This document shows, in pieces, positions 13,875-26,872 of a stretch of 64,000 nt of DNA. The stretch spans positions 372,001 to 436,000 of the forward strand of contig RSEE01000028.1 in the NCBI GenBank assembly GCA_003971905.1. The letters are read 5' to 3'. Both the position numbers and the translations under genes were made by a program. Within the stretch, counting starts at the first letter, position 1. Every line of letters begins with the position of its first letter. Below the pieces are notes generated by a model, which did no database searches, was not told where the DNA came from, and worked only from the letters and a program-made list of their open reading frames with translations. Source of the DNA: Moniliella sp. 'wahieum'. Taxonomy: Eukaryota.

Positions 13875-14128
13875 CTAGAAGACCACCGGGCCTACGGCCC
13901 GGTCAGCTGGGGCGAAGCCCCAGCTTGGTGCTTGGTGCTTGCTCGCCACCTTAGCCACCGTTCCCCCGTCGCCACCGTCGCCACCGGTCCACCGTTCCAC
14001 GCTGGAGGAATTTCATCACCCATGTGCATCCGCCTGGCTGCGGCTGGCTGGAACGTGCCGGGTGGCATGCTGACGCTAGAATTTACGTAACGGAGAAAAA
14101 CGACTGCCGCAAAATTATGAAGTAGAGA
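13875..14128 (-). mobile_element. About 254-bp non-autonomous Helitron-like element (copy B)
   Basis: Minus strand: A|TCTCTAC 5' end at 14128, GGTGG-rich subterminal repeats, two GC-rich hairpins, then TGGTCTTCTAG|T 3' end at 13875. No TSD seen. Confidence 0.7.
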
Positions 14129-14261
14129 TATATTCCTGATGTCTATCTATCACCTACCCTCCTCCATTACGTTTGTATACGAATGCATAGGGCATACATG
14201 CCTTGCTCGAAGCATACTCGACTGAGACTGCACCCGCTGGTGACAAAGTGGTTCCAAGGCA

Positions 14262-16560
14262 TTAGTGTTGCTTGACCGAGGAATAATAGTGGGGGCTAAA
14301 AACCAAAATAAGGTCAGGCTGGGCTAGTAGACATAAGATAGGGGGGGGACATACGCTGCCTCGAGTAACCAGTCTTGCTCCACAACGGTCAGGTCGGTAA
14401 TGAACTTTTGCTCGTCTCAATCACCTCGCCAAAAAGGACCCATTTGGTATCGGGCGTGACATTAAACAGGACCGAGGTGGGTTGAACGTGTAAGATCTGG
14501 ACGCGGCGGGGTCAGAGATCCGACGAGGGTGATGAGAGTGAAATCGACATACCTGATGCGAGCGGGCCGAGGAGTAGGTTCCATCGGGCAAGAGGCGGGC
14601 GGCGTTGCGAAAAAAGCCAGTGGTGAGACACCGACGGATCCGGCGACTCAAGTCACCTTCCTCGTCTTGCCCGGGAAGAGGACGCATGGTTACTGCAGCC
14701 TCGGGCGAAGGGGCACAGGCAATGCCCAACCGCGAAAGAGTGCGGGCAAGTTGGGTGCGAATGGAGATGGCGCGACTGAGGATTCTGTAATTGAGGCGGT
14801 GCCGTCCGGCCCAAGAACTGGAACGGTCCCCGTACCGCGGGTGGACAAAGGCGGTAAAAACGTTGAGCAGCGTCAGGGCATCGCCCTCGGCCGCGGAGAA
14901 TTTGGCCCGCTCTTCGTTCGTTTGGGCAATCGCATCTCTTCGCAAGCCCGAGGTGGCCGCCGTCGCCGCCCCGAGGAAAGGGGACGAAACGCTGGACATG
15001 GCCGCAATCGTTAGGATGTGTTCTGTGCATCCAAATTTAGGCGATTCGAGCAATGCCTTTCCCATGGCGGGGGGAGGGAAAGCTCGGCCAGTTGTTCTCC
15101 CAAGGGTGTGTGCCGACCATACTCGTCCACCGCTCCGAGCGCAGCGAGAAAGTCAAGACCGTCAACCACAAACGACGAGGGTGGCGGGGGCGGTACCCAG
15201 TCAAATTTGACGAGATTGGTCACCCCCAAAGCAAGAAGTTGGAGCAGAGGGGCAGCCAAGTCCGTGCGTGCCAGCTCAGGAAGTGTGAGCGGGGGCATAC
15301 TGTGTAGCGCCTGCTCGGGATACAGGCGGTAACAGATCCCTGGCGCTGTCCGTCCCGCCCGTCCTGCCCGTTGGGCAGCAGATGCCTGGGAAGTTGGGAC
15401 GCGGGTCAAGGCCGAGAGACCACTGCTGGGGTCATAGGTGCGCAGTTTGACCATCCCACAATCCACAATATACCGCACTCCGTCCACCGTCACGCTCGTC
15501 TCCGCCACATTGGTGGCAGCGATGACTTTCCGCTTTCCGCGCGGCGCCGGATAGAAGATGGCAGCCTGCTCATCCATATTAAGACCAGCGTGCAGAGGAA
15601 GAAGTACCATGTTGGTCCCCTGGCGCGTGCTAGCGAGCATTTGCAGGCACGCTTCGATTTCTTCGCGGCCAGTGAGGAAGATAAGAACGTCGCCCACCTC
15701 TTGACTCTGATCAATTTCCACGACCGTCTCGACCGCTGCTCGTACGTAGTTCTCCACGGGTTTCGACAAATAGGCAATATCGACGGGAAACATCCTCCCC
15801 TCCACATGGACAATACCAACATCCTCCTCCTTGGAGGAAGAAGAAGGAGTGCGAAAGTACTCGGCCAGAGCATCCGCATCCATGGTGGCAGAAGAGATGA
15901 TGATTCGCAGCTCGGGACGTCGTCGGCGCACTTTCTTCAACAGGCCAAGAATGATATCTGTGTTGATACTCCGCTCATGCACCTCGTCCACCACCACCAC
16001 ACTGTACGCGCTGAGCAGCGGATCGAAGAGACACTCGCGCACCAAGGCCCCATCGGTCGTGAACTTGATCCTGGTCCGTCCCGGGGTAGTATTATCCTCG
16101 AACCGGATCGCGTACCCCACCTCGTCACCCATGACACTCCCTACCTCTTGTGCGACACGCGCGGCGATAGAAACGGCGGCCACCCTGCGTGGCTGGGTGC
16201 ACACGATTCTCTGCCCGCTTGAGCCCAGCCGGCTTCCAGCAAATACTGGGGCAGCTGCGTCGTCTTTCCGCTCCCCGTTGGCGCAGAGACAATGACTACT
16301 GGGCACGTTTCAACAGCATACAACAGCTCGTCGCGGTACTTGTGGATGGGCAACTCTTCTGCTCGTGCAGAGGCGGGCGTGGTTCTGTCAGCGTGAGCCG
16401 CAGCCTTGGCTGCAGCAAGGTCGAGCCCAGCCTCCCTTGTGGTGGCACGATCGAGAGAGGAGCCTGGAAGCGGGAAAGGTCAGCGTGCATGCTTCGCCGG
16501 CGACGGCAGAGACAACGTACCCGGACGAGCCAGCGTGCCGGGCTTGAGAAACGACGACAT
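14262..16560 (-). CDS. DHX35: DEAH-box RNA helicase, DHX35-like; short 3' introns, frameshifted
   Basis: LPIHKYRDELLYAVE; APTGSGKTTQLPQYLLEAGW; CTQPRRVAA; DEVHER; SSAT; ATNVAETSVTVDG; QRAGRAGR; last exon PHYYSSVKQH*. Confidence 0.8.
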
Positions 16561-16769
16561 GGGAGCCGGGAGTTGCGAGGGCGACGGTGGGGCCAACGCT
16601 GTGGCCTGAGACTGAGGTGGGCTCTGCGAATTGGAGCAGAACACGGTCACGCGTCACACGCGTGTTGGTTTCACTGTTGCACGCTTCGGTGCAATTGCCC
16701 CCCTCCCACTGCACTGGCTCCTAAAAAAAATTCAGGCCTCCCACCGCCGCCAATTAATCCACCACCGCC

Positions 16770-19612
16770 ATGGTCGGCACCGAGACAGCCAAGAAGCCAC
16801 TCTCGGCCAAGAAGCTGAGGTCCAAGGCTTTCTTTGCCAAGAGATACGAAGCAAAGGCCAAGTCCCTAGCAAAGAAGGCCAATAAGTCCAAGGTCACGCT
16901 GTCGGAGACGGGTGCCTCACCGCCCCCGGAGGATGCGAAGCCTGCCTCATTCCGGGCCAGCAAGTCTGTCTCCATCACTCCGGTGCCACAGAATGAGCTT
17001 TCGTGGACCGTGCTTCCATTCCGCAGCCGGCCGCCGATGTAGAAGGCACAACGGACGCCGGCTTCTGGGAGACGCTTTACGCTGCTGATGAGGCGAGCCA
17101 TGCCAAGAAGAAAAAGAAAAACAAAAACAAGGCCGCTGTGTTCGGAGGGAACGAGCAGACTGTTTGGATGGGTCTCGAAGAGGTCGATGGTGTTGACATT
17201 ATTACCGAGAAAGGAAATGGGGGGAGCGCATTTCATTTGTTCCTGTTTCCGGGAAGAAACCTTCCCGCCCCATCAGCCGAGGAGGACAGCACTCAGCCCC
17301 AGGCAGAGAAGCCGATTGCACCCCAGAAGCAGACTTTGAAGGCTGCCAAGAAAAAGGGTGGCAAGAAGGAGCCTGTTTCGGACGTTCCCAAGGAGGATGG
17401 CCCTATTGCCACTGCCGAAGTGGAGGTGAACTCGGATGAGACCGCACCGGAGGACCATCAAAGGGAGATGGATTCTCCTGCGGATTCAGACGGAAAAGGG
17501 GATGCCGGTGAAGATGTGAGCCTAGCCGGGGTGGCTTGGGATGCACTGGAAACGAACGATCTGGACGATGAGGCACCCCCAGAGGTGGACTTGCCCGAGT
17601 GGAAGGAGGTCCCTCTTTGCCCTTTGATCCAATATGGTTTATATCAGAGTGGCTTCCTTAAGCCGACCCCGATCCAGGCTGGTACGGTGGACAAGCACTT
17701 GAGCCGCGTGTTCCTCGGATTCAGGCGCCCAAGAAGACCAAATCAGGAGAGAAGCGCAAGCGTTCCCAAAAAGAAGTGAGGACACACCCCAAGAAGAGGA
17801 TACGGGCAAATGGCACGACATTGTGGGCGTGGCCCAAACGGGTAGTGGTAAGACGATGGCTTATTCGCTTCCTATTCTCGAACGCCTGCTTCGGGAGCGG
17901 GAAGAGGGGTCCAAGGCCAATTCAGCGTCTGCCGAGACGAAGCCTATTATGGGACTGATCATCTGCCCCACACGCGAGCTGGCTCTTCAAGTGAGCGATG
18001 CGATTCGTTCGTTCGTCAAGGCCTGCACGGCCTACAAGGATGAGCAGTCTACCCTTTTGCTAGCGTTGTTTCCGTCGTTGGTGGTCTGTCGAGCCAAAAG
18101 CAGGGGCGCGAGTTACATGCTCATGGTGGTGCGGACATTATCGTTGCAACGCCTGGTCGTCTCTGGGACGTGGTGGAGAGGGACGACGTGGTCGCAGCGA
18201 GGATGCGAACGACACGGTTGTTGGTGATCGACGAGGCGGACCGCGTGATGCAGGATGGCCATTTCGCAGAGATGAAGAATCTCCTCCGTCTTCTACGTCG
18301 AAACGATCGAGAAGTGGAGGATGAGGAGCGCACGGGCAATGTCCACCGCCTACCAGAAGCCGAATGGGGTGGGATGCAGACCTACATTTTCTCGGCTACA
18401 CTTAGTGCGACGCTGCAGGTTAATCTTCAGCGTCGGAACGCGGCGTGAACTGCGCGCCGAGCCCGTGGGACCAAGACCCTTGATGCGTTGATGGAGCAAA
18501 TCGACTTCCGCGACCCGGACCCAGTTGTTGTTGACCTAAGCCCGCGCACTGCTGTGGCCGAAACGGTGGTGGAGTGCAAGACGGAGTGCTTGAACAAGGA
18601 CAAGGTATGTTTGTCTTCCGCTTCGTATTCATGAAATCCTTGCCTGACCCGATTTCTCTAGGATACCTACCTATACTATTTCCTCATGCGCTATCCCGGT
18701 CGCTCGCTCGTGTTCCTCAACTCGATTGATGGATTACGCCGCCTCCAGCCTCTTCTTCAGCATCTGGGTGTTCCGGCCTTCAGCTTGCACTCTAACATGC
18801 AGCAACGGCAACGTTTGAAGGTCCTTGACCGTTTCAAAAACGCTGTCCCTGAGGACGGTAAAGAGGGGACACAGACCGCCGTGCTGCTTGCAACGGATGT
18901 GGCTGCCCGTGGGTTGGACTTGCCCGTGGTGGACCACGTTGTGCATTACCAACTGCCTCGGAGCGCGGACACCTACGTACATCGCAGTGGCCGTACCGGT
19001 CGTGCGGGGCGGACGGGTGTTGCGCTAGCCATGGTCGAACCCAGGGAGCAAGGCCTGTTGCGCCAGCTCCTCTTGAGCCTTGGCCGCAAGCCGGGAGACG
19101 AGCACAATAAAGGCTCCCAAGCGGACGAGGCGGATTTGCGCACGCTGCCCATTGAATACAGTCTCATCCCGCAGCTTCGTGAGCGGGTAACTCTTGCGGC
19201 GCAGATTGATCAGGTGGAGCACCAGGTCAAGAAGGAGTCGCACGATGACGCCTGGCTCAAGCAGCTGGCCAAGGATGCTGACATGGACTTGTCCGAGGAT
19301 GAGGGAGACGAGAATACGGCCGGGGGTAAGAGTAAGAAGGCGCAAAGCAAAAACAAGTCGGCGGCGCTCAAGGCACAACTTCACCAATTGCTCCAGACAC
19401 CATTGCGGCTGCGCGGGGTGAGCACCAAGTACATCACTTCCAACGGCGTTCCAGGCTTCGTCGACGATCTGCTACAGAACAACAATGTGAGCGACATTCC
19501 TGGTGTGCGACGTGTGCGACTGGACCAAGAGCTGTCAGCGGGTGCGCACGGGACGACAGGCGAGACGCCCAAGGAGCGGAAACGTCCGAAACGGGGTCGT
19601 GCTTCGGCCTAA
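16770..19612 (+). CDS. MAK5: DEAD-box RNA helicase Mak5/DDX24 (60S biogenesis); intron at about 18605-18661, frameshifted
   Basis: GLEEVDGV; GFLKPTPIQ; AQTGSGKT; PTRELA; DEAD; FSAT; YLYYFLMRYPGRSLVFLNSIDGLRRL; HSNMQQRQRLKVLDRF; YVHRSGRTGRAG; RGVSTKYIT. Confidence 0.92.
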
Positions 19613-20687
19613 GACGTAAGGTCTCAAACGCAAAAAAGGAATCATGCCCCTATTATTACGCGTCCATTGATCGGCATATAGGAGCTGGTGGGTTTTGGCT
19701 ATTGAAAGAGTAGGCCTAGTTCGATATCACAGAAGCCGGTCACCGGTCACGTCGACCACGAAACACAGGGCCCAAGGTCTAAAGCCTGTGATCAGAAAGA
19801 CAGTTAGAAAACGGAACAATCAAGGAAGACTTCTGGAGACGTATAGTATAGCATTTGCACAAGTTAAGGCGTTGAGACTGGGAAATGAGTGGTGCGACCA
19901 GGTAGTCCGCTCAGCGCGCTTAGCCTCAGCGTTGAGGCTCAGCCTCATCGAGCTCTTCATCTAGATGCTGTTTGACGTTAATTTGACGGGTCACATACAC
20001 ATACCCACCGGCTGTGCGTATGACCCTGTTCTAGATCTTCCTTGACCCTTTTGACCCTTTGTGTCTGTGTGTCTCGTCGATCTCATCACGCATTGTTTAC
20101 CGTGTGGTTGCATTTCCTTTTCCTTCACTGTTACTTCGTGCAAACTCAATCGAAAGACCACTGCGTTTTTGTCGCCGATCGTGATTCTCACAGGCTCCCG
20201 CTGTCATTTGCTTCAAAACCGGATGTAGTGCGAGTAGATATGAATGGGGTGGTGGCCGACATGTGTGAGCAATGAACCATTTCCACTCTGCACTGGTTAA
20301 TATTCCTTTCAGCACAGTGCTTAACAACATCTGAGAGTTGTTTTGGCAGCCTGTTGGTGGCATGTATCATGCGCATGCCGACGTATTAACCAGAGGGGAG
20401 AACGCGGCTCTGTGGAGTGTATCCCTGAATTACGTAGAGCACTCTTGCCGCGTTTGCTCCAGCACAGTCGATGCTCTTTCCGTCTTTTTTTCCACGTGTG
20501 TTGTTGTCTCCTCGTGTGCACCATTTCTGATACGCAACCTTAGCTTCGCCTTCGCCTTTTCCCCCCCGGAGTCCCGGGGGCGCGGTCCAACACCTCCGTT
20601 ATTGATGGCATCTCCCTAAAACCTGATCTCCTGATCCCATCAAATAGCTTATTCTTGTAAGCTCATGCATCATGCATCATGCATCAT

Positions 20688-20851
20688 TGTTAAAAACGAG
20701 GACAAAGGCCTACGGAGAGAAGAAGAGAGAGAGAGGAGGTGATGGATCTATTCCAAGAGAGGAGCCCATTAGGGGCAGAACATAGGGGAGAGTCGGATAG
20801 AACAGCGCGATGCGTGATGCGTGATCAGCTGCATGCATGATGGCGCTGACA
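20688..20851 (-). repeat. 3' LTR (164 bp), preceded on the minus strand by the PPT-like GTGGTGGGGC
   Basis: Nearly identical to 25828-25985, differing by about two substitutions and small indels. Confidence 0.95.
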
Positions 20852-20902
20852 GCCCCACCACGACTCGACGCTAGGATCCGACGAGATTGGAAGAGTGACA
20901 AA

Positions 20903-23900
20903 TCAAGAGCCAGCTGGCGAGGAGGAATCTGAGCCGAAAATGGGCTTGATGCGGGAAGTCTCCTCAGCCCCACCAGGATCCGGCGTGAGCGTGAGGTAGC
21001 GACCTACACTGGAGCGTTGAACCGTATACGGTAGGAGCTTGGTAAAATCATTCGCGGGGTTCTCGGTTCCAAGAACCTTGTGCCACAAAATGCGCCCCGA
21101 ATCGACATGCTCGCGGAACCAATGGTTGCGAATGTCCATATGACGAAGGCGTCCAATGAAACCAGGGCGAGAGATAATTGACAGGGCAACAGCCGAGTCG
21201 CTATAGAGATCCACCGGACAGTTGGAAGGTACTAGTTGAAGCTCGACAATGAGGTTACGAATGCGGAGAGCGTCGCGGGCGCCCTCACTAATAGCCATCA
21301 TCTCAGCTTCAGCGGTCGAAATTGCCGTAGTGGTCTGCTGGGCGCTGCGCCAGTGCACTAGGGCGCCAAAAACAAACACAGCGACCCCTGTTACCGACTT
21401 GCGTGTGACCCTGTCGCCGCCCCAATCGCTATCGGTAAATACGGCAATAGGAGGTGCCGTTCGATTGATCCTGAGACGCAGAGACCAATCCAATGTACCA
21501 CGGAGGTAGCGGAGGACATGTTGTGCGGCGCTGCGGTGTGCAGCAGAGGGATCCTTGTTCCAACGACTGAGGAGATGTACGACAAATGACAGGTCGGGCC
21601 GGCAGGTCTGCGCGGCCCAGCTGAGGCTCTGCACAATCGACATATAGCGCTTATGCTCGGCGACAGTGGCAGGGGCTTCGTCTGGTGGACGTGGCGGGAG
21701 AGGTGTATCAGGATTGATAGGCAAACGAACAGGGTTGCACTCGAGCATGTCGGTGCGGGCGAGTAAAGCTAACAGAAATGCACGCTGGTCGCAGTCAAAA
21801 CCATCAGGGCGAGTAACATAGTGCACACCCAGCATCTTACTGAGAGGACCCTTGTCGCCAATCTTGATGTTGAGACCGAGTTCGTCCATGAATGCGTCAA
21901 AAGCAGCTTGGGACGGGGCCATGGCCATTCCGTCATCACAGTATATTGCCAGCATGATGGTCGTATTCGCTCGTTTGCGTATCCATACGTCCTGTTCTGT
22001 TACCGTCGAGCGGAAACCAATATCTCGTAGCTTGCTGGCGAGGTGGCGGTGCCACGCAGCGCCGGAGGCTGCAAGGCCATAGAGGGACTTCTTGAGTCGC
22101 CAAACGTTTGCTTTGTCGGTGAGAAAACGATCGGGAGGCGTAACGTATACCTCATAGGGAGTGGGCGCATGGAGATATGCACTCTTGCAGTCAAAATAAT
22201 ATGCCTGGAGGCCTTGCGCTTTACCTCCCACGGCTACGGTGCGAAAAGACTGATGTGCTGCGCCACTCGAGAATGTGAGGGCCTTGGGCAACTCACTTGT
22301 ATCCTCCTGGTTTCCTTGAACACAATACGGGCTTTCCGTTTGAGGAACATATTCTCTGGGGTGACGCCAACACTGTAGACGGTGCGGGCACCCAAGATCT
22401 TCGTTCCGGCCGGAGGGCGTGGCACTTCTTCAAAGGCATCCATGGATCTGAGCCCGTCAAGCTCAATGTGTTCGGCCTGGCGCCACTGGGGCCACTCAGA
22501 GGTGGCCATTGCTTCACGCTCGGTCCGAGGGGCAAGGGGCACACCGTCAGCAGTGGTGCCGACGGTCGGGGGAGGGATGCGGAAACGGCGTTGCCGGCGG
22601 GGAATGGCTTTCTTTTTCGGGCTTGGTGTAAGGGATGCGGTGGCAGGATCAGGGGAAGAATCAGTAATAGTAGGGGGGGGGGTGGGACAAAGAGGGATGA
22701 CGGGCGGTGCGCGCATGGCCCGTTGGGCTCCAATCGGGATCAAGCTCAGCTGGCGGCTCATCCGTCAAGGGAGGCGCATGCGCATCCTTGGGTTGATAGA
22801 AATCAGGGGGGTGACGCGCCCGAGCCGGATTGCGACGGGGGGCAGCTTCAGCCCCACCAGGTGTAGAAAATTCAGCCCCACCAGGTGTAAACTTCAGCCC
22901 CCCAGGTGTATTATCCGGACGGTCACGAAGCCCATCCGGTGGCGTACCCGGCAACGATTGGGCCTGGCGTATCGCCAGCCCGGGGTTTGTGGGATCCCAC
23001 ATGACGTCGGTGCACCACGCCCTGTACGAGCTGTGGCCGTCTTCTGTGATAAACTCAAATTCGTATCCCTTGGAGCCGAGCGGATCGAATCCGACTAGCA
23101 ACATGCCAGGGCGGGCGCGCGGCGCGGCGCGGTGGCCGCGCTCGGGACCTAACAAAGTACACCAGCCGGCCGCACCCCAGGGTGCCCCAAAATAAGAGCT
23201 GCGTGGGAGGGGGCGGTCGTGATAGCGTTCAAATGGTGAGGGGGCGCCCAAGCGGCCGACACACTAACGTTGGCATACAAAGCTGCCGCGACAGCGGCGT
23301 CGGCCCAGTACTGAGACGGTGCGCGGGCGCTGGCGAGGAGGACGCGGGTACGCTCCTGTATAGTGCGAACGGCGCGCTCGGCGTGGCCATTCTGCTGGGA
23401 GGTGTAGGGGTGGTGGTGGTGTGCTGGATCGGTGCATGACCGGCAGCAGTGAGGAGGTGCGGGACACGGGAAAACTCAGTACCGCCATCGGTGTGGAGAC
23501 GGAAAAGACTGGCGCCGTGGCGGGCGAGGAGGCGGCGCTCCTCGAGGAGAATTAAGTTGGCTAGTACCATTACAGCGTCGCTCTTGCGCACCAGCGGAAT
23601 GGCCCAGAGATAGCCGGTGCAGTCGTCGACTACGACAAGTAAATTGCGCTCACCCTTCAGCCCCGCCGGCCAATCTGTCACTAGATCGGCATGCAAGTGC
23701 GCCAGTGGGGCAGCTGCACGTGCCGTGTGGCTCTCAGGGAACGGGCGTCGGGTGCCCCGCCCCGCCGCGCACGCCTGACAAACGCAGGCCGCGTCGGCCT
23801 CGGCTGCATGGGCCTGGGTGGAAGTGATGCGTTGCGCAACTGGCCCCGTGGCCGTGAGGCGGGGAAGCTGGCGCCAACCAACATGGCCATGGCGGGCATG

Positions 23901-25719
23901 AGCAGCCAGTATCCGGGCATAGTCGGCCACGGCGGCACGGGCGTGGGCTTGAATGGGGACGTTGGGGACGTCGCAGTGGTAATCAACCACATAGCCATTA
24001 GCGGTACGGTCGTAGCGAGCAACAATTGCGGGATCGCTATGGATCACAGCGCCTTGGCGGTGTGCAAGGAACTCTACTCGATGACCAGCGGCATTAGCCT
24101 GCGGTACAGAGAGTAAGTCATGGTCCAATTGGGGAACAAGCAAGCAGTACAAATCAAGGACACATTCAGTTTGGACTGTGGAAGCCGGGAGGCGGACCCG
24201 CTTCACCCCATAGCCTGTCACCGCAAGCTTCCTAGACGCGCCAGCCAACTCAACCCACCCAGTCGCTGGCTCGAGGAAAATGAAACCCTCGGGCGAGCGA
24301 ACCATGCTGGGCGTCGCGCCGCTGTCAACTACCAGCTTGTGGAGCGCAAATGCAGTGGTGGGTGGTGGCGAGGACTGGGGATCAGGAGGCGGAAAAGAAA
24401 CGGGGGGTAGGCCTTGCTTGCTCACGGTAGGGGCAATAGGCTCTGCGAATGTCGGAGCTGATGGTAAGGCCAGAGACGAGGGGTAGTAGGGAGGCATATA
24501 GGTGCCGGGTGAATACACCGGGGGAGTAGTTCCTCGGGCGTGGGCGTAACGGCTCACTGCTGTGGCCGGTACGAAAAATTGGAATGATTTAAGTTGCGCG
24601 ACGTCGACATGTTCTTCAACTCCGGATGCAGCGACCAGCATTGTGCCTCTACATGTATTCCGTTCGGATGAAGACGACAGGGACCAGTGCGCTCCGCGCG
24701 CGCGCCCTTTCTCTTGTGCGAAGAAACAGTTTTGGTGACGAGAAATGTATCCTCAATGTCTAGGAACTGCAGTGCTTGGCTCCGGGTTTTGCCATGGAGC
24801 TGTTGCTCTTTCACGCGATTTGGCTCGGGGCAGCTATTGGCAAGAACGCTCCAAGCACGAACACTGAGCGGGAGTCCAATCATTTCGCCGATGCCCACGA
24901 TCCGTTCGATGCGGGCAAGGAACATGCGCGCCGTCTCCTGTGTCGCAGGCTTAAGGGCGTCGAGACGGGAACTGATATCACTCTCAAGTTTGACTTGGCT
25001 GGGCCGATTGCGCTCGCACATGTTCCGGTACATGCCCGAGGCCGAGCTGCAGGCAACGTGACTCTGCGTGGTCGAGTCACATTTGGTTAAAAGGACATAC
25101 TCGAGCCTCCTGTCGATCAGGGCTTCCTCCGGAGAAGAAGGACCGTTGACGACTAGGTCCAGGAACTGTGGTATGCCGAGAGCTGGTTGCGCGTATCATA
25201 ATCATAATCTAGCCAATGTGTCGTTCCGAGTTCCCATGAGGGCAAACTGTTTCCTTTAGCCAGCGCCCTGATCATCTCCTCTTCCATGGAACGTGTCTGA
25301 GAAGGGATTTCGGAAATCATCATCGCAGTACTTTGAATACCGTACTTGCGGACAAAATAAGGATACTCGTGCGTGAATGCAGGGTTGTGAATTGCATCTT
25401 GTGCCTGTTCCGTGGACCACTCGGGGTGGACATCTTGGAGATGCAACAAGAACATGAGCTCATGACGGGTTAGGTTGGTTTTCGGGGAGTGTTGCCTCTC
25501 GACGGAGGGGGTTGTGCCATCGTGGGCAATTGGGGCGTCTTCACCGTCCAGACGCCCGGAGGCGGTGCTGGGGTTATTGGCGTGGGGAACTGCGGGCTCC
25601 TCTTGGGTAGCTTCGGCAGGGAGAATGGCGTCGGCAGGCATGCTGTCGGCGTGCGGGTTACGCTTCTTCTTGGAAAGGGGTGGAAAAACAGTATCGGCTC
25701 CGGAACGGAGGCCAGGCAT
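20903..25719 (-). CDS. Copia Gag-Pol polyprotein, split by several frameshifts
   Basis: Zn knuckle CRLHPNGIHVEAQC; protease LVVDSGAT; HARHGH...CQAC; integrase LHADL, VVVDDCTG, HTDGGTEF; RT KARIV, FDCKSAYL, LYGL, YCDD; RNase H FTDSDWGGD, AEAE. Confidence 0.93.
22846..22910. repeat. Three tandem copies of a 22-24 bp unit in the IN-RT linker
   Basis: TTCAGCCCCACCAGGTGTA three times, the third slightly variant. Confidence 0.8.
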
Positions 25720-25815
25720 TCAGCCGTGTTGGGTGGGGGTAGGTCGGGAAAAATATAAGTAGGGCTCAGGCGGGCAGACGAGAGAGGTGGTCTCCGCCTA
25801 CTCAGAGGATAGTGT

Positions 25816-25827
25816 GGGCTCATAACC
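25816..25827 (-). other. Primer-binding site GGTTATGAGCCC (half tRNAiMet type)
   Basis: Abuts the 5' LTR and matches the anticodon-stem tRNAiMet PBS type of Ty5 and Drosophila copia. Confidence 0.85.
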
Positions 25828-25985
25828 TGTTAAAAACGAGGACAAAGGCCTATGGAGAGAGAAGAGAGAGAGAGGTGATGGATCTATTCCAAGAGAGGAG
25901 CCCATTAGGGGAAGAACATAGGGGAGAGTCGGATAGAACAGCGATGCGTGATGCGTGATCAGCTGCATGCATGATGGCGCTGACA
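25828..25985 (-). repeat. 5' LTR (158 bp)
   Basis: TGTCAGCG...TTTTAACA on the minus strand; pairs with 20688-20851. Confidence 0.95.
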
Positions 25986-26160
25986 ATCATGCATCATGGC
26001 TCTATTCCGACCTTCTTGTGTGGAACACAGAAGGGAGAGACAGAAAAAAGGAAGGGAACAAAGCGCGACGGTGGTAGTATATCTAATCCGGGCGCGCGAG
26101 TGGCGGAATACGGCATAGGCAGTTCCCCTTGGTTGCCATGAGCGACTCTTCCCGGGAAGC

Positions 26161-26872
26161 CATATGACATGTGACATGTGACAAGCGTGGTGCCACACCA
26201 CACTACAGACTACACCCTCCAACGGAGCCGTTATCGACAGGAGCGGGGGTTGACGTTTATTGTGGAGCAAGTACTATACATGAAGCTTGAAGCTGAAGTC
26301 GCTTATAGCTAGTACATATATATATGGGCTTTGTTCTTTTGAAGTTACATACTAGTTTCTACATGTATCGAGTATCTTCCTTCTCTGGTTTGATTAAACT
26401 GAGTACGTTTAGTACTTACAAGATGAGTGTACTTGGGGTAATACTTGTCCCCTTCTACACACTACGGGGTAACCGGTAACCGGTAACCGGTAATGCATAA
26501 TGCCCTATATTGCTTCGTATTGATGGTATTGCCTGGGTGTCGCAACTGGGTGTCGCCTGGTGTTGCTCGTTTGGTCGGCCATGCTGCGGCTGCAAGTCAC
26601 CAACTAGTCAGGAGCCTAGCGCCTCACCCCTCACCGGTCACCGGCAGGCCTCACCTAGTGCGACGCGTACTAGATCTAGTACTGGTGAAGCTAGTGACTA
26701 GTGTGAAGAGCTAGTGAAGCTTGAAGAGATTATCGATTAGCGTGAGATCCGAGAGATCTGGGATCGATGAGAGCTAGTAATAACTAACTAGTGTGACATG
26801 TGCCGTACACCCCTGAGATCCTGAGGCCTGAGAGGCCTCAGCGCCTCAGCGCCTCAGCGCCTCAGCCTGAGG
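26161..26872. repeat. Cluster of short palindromic tandem arrays
   Basis: (TGACATG)n at 26165-26183; TGAAGCTTGAAGC at 26281; (GGTAACC)x3+ at 26468-26493; TCACCGGTCACCGG at 26631; CTAGTGACTAG at about 26691; (CCTCAGCG)x3 at about 26836-26866. Confidence 0.85.

Larger units (their letters stand above)
20688..25985 (-). mobile_element. Full-length Ty1/copia LTR retrotransposon (about 5.3 kb)
   Basis: Paired TG...CA LTRs; 5-bp TSD ATCAT (20683-20687 and 25986-25990); PBS and PPT; gag-PR-IN-RT-RNaseH domain order. Confidence 0.97.

Noticed and set aside
19860..20620. Possible degenerate gene or transposon remnant left of the copia element
   Set aside because: Only short interrupted ORFs with no recognisable motif.
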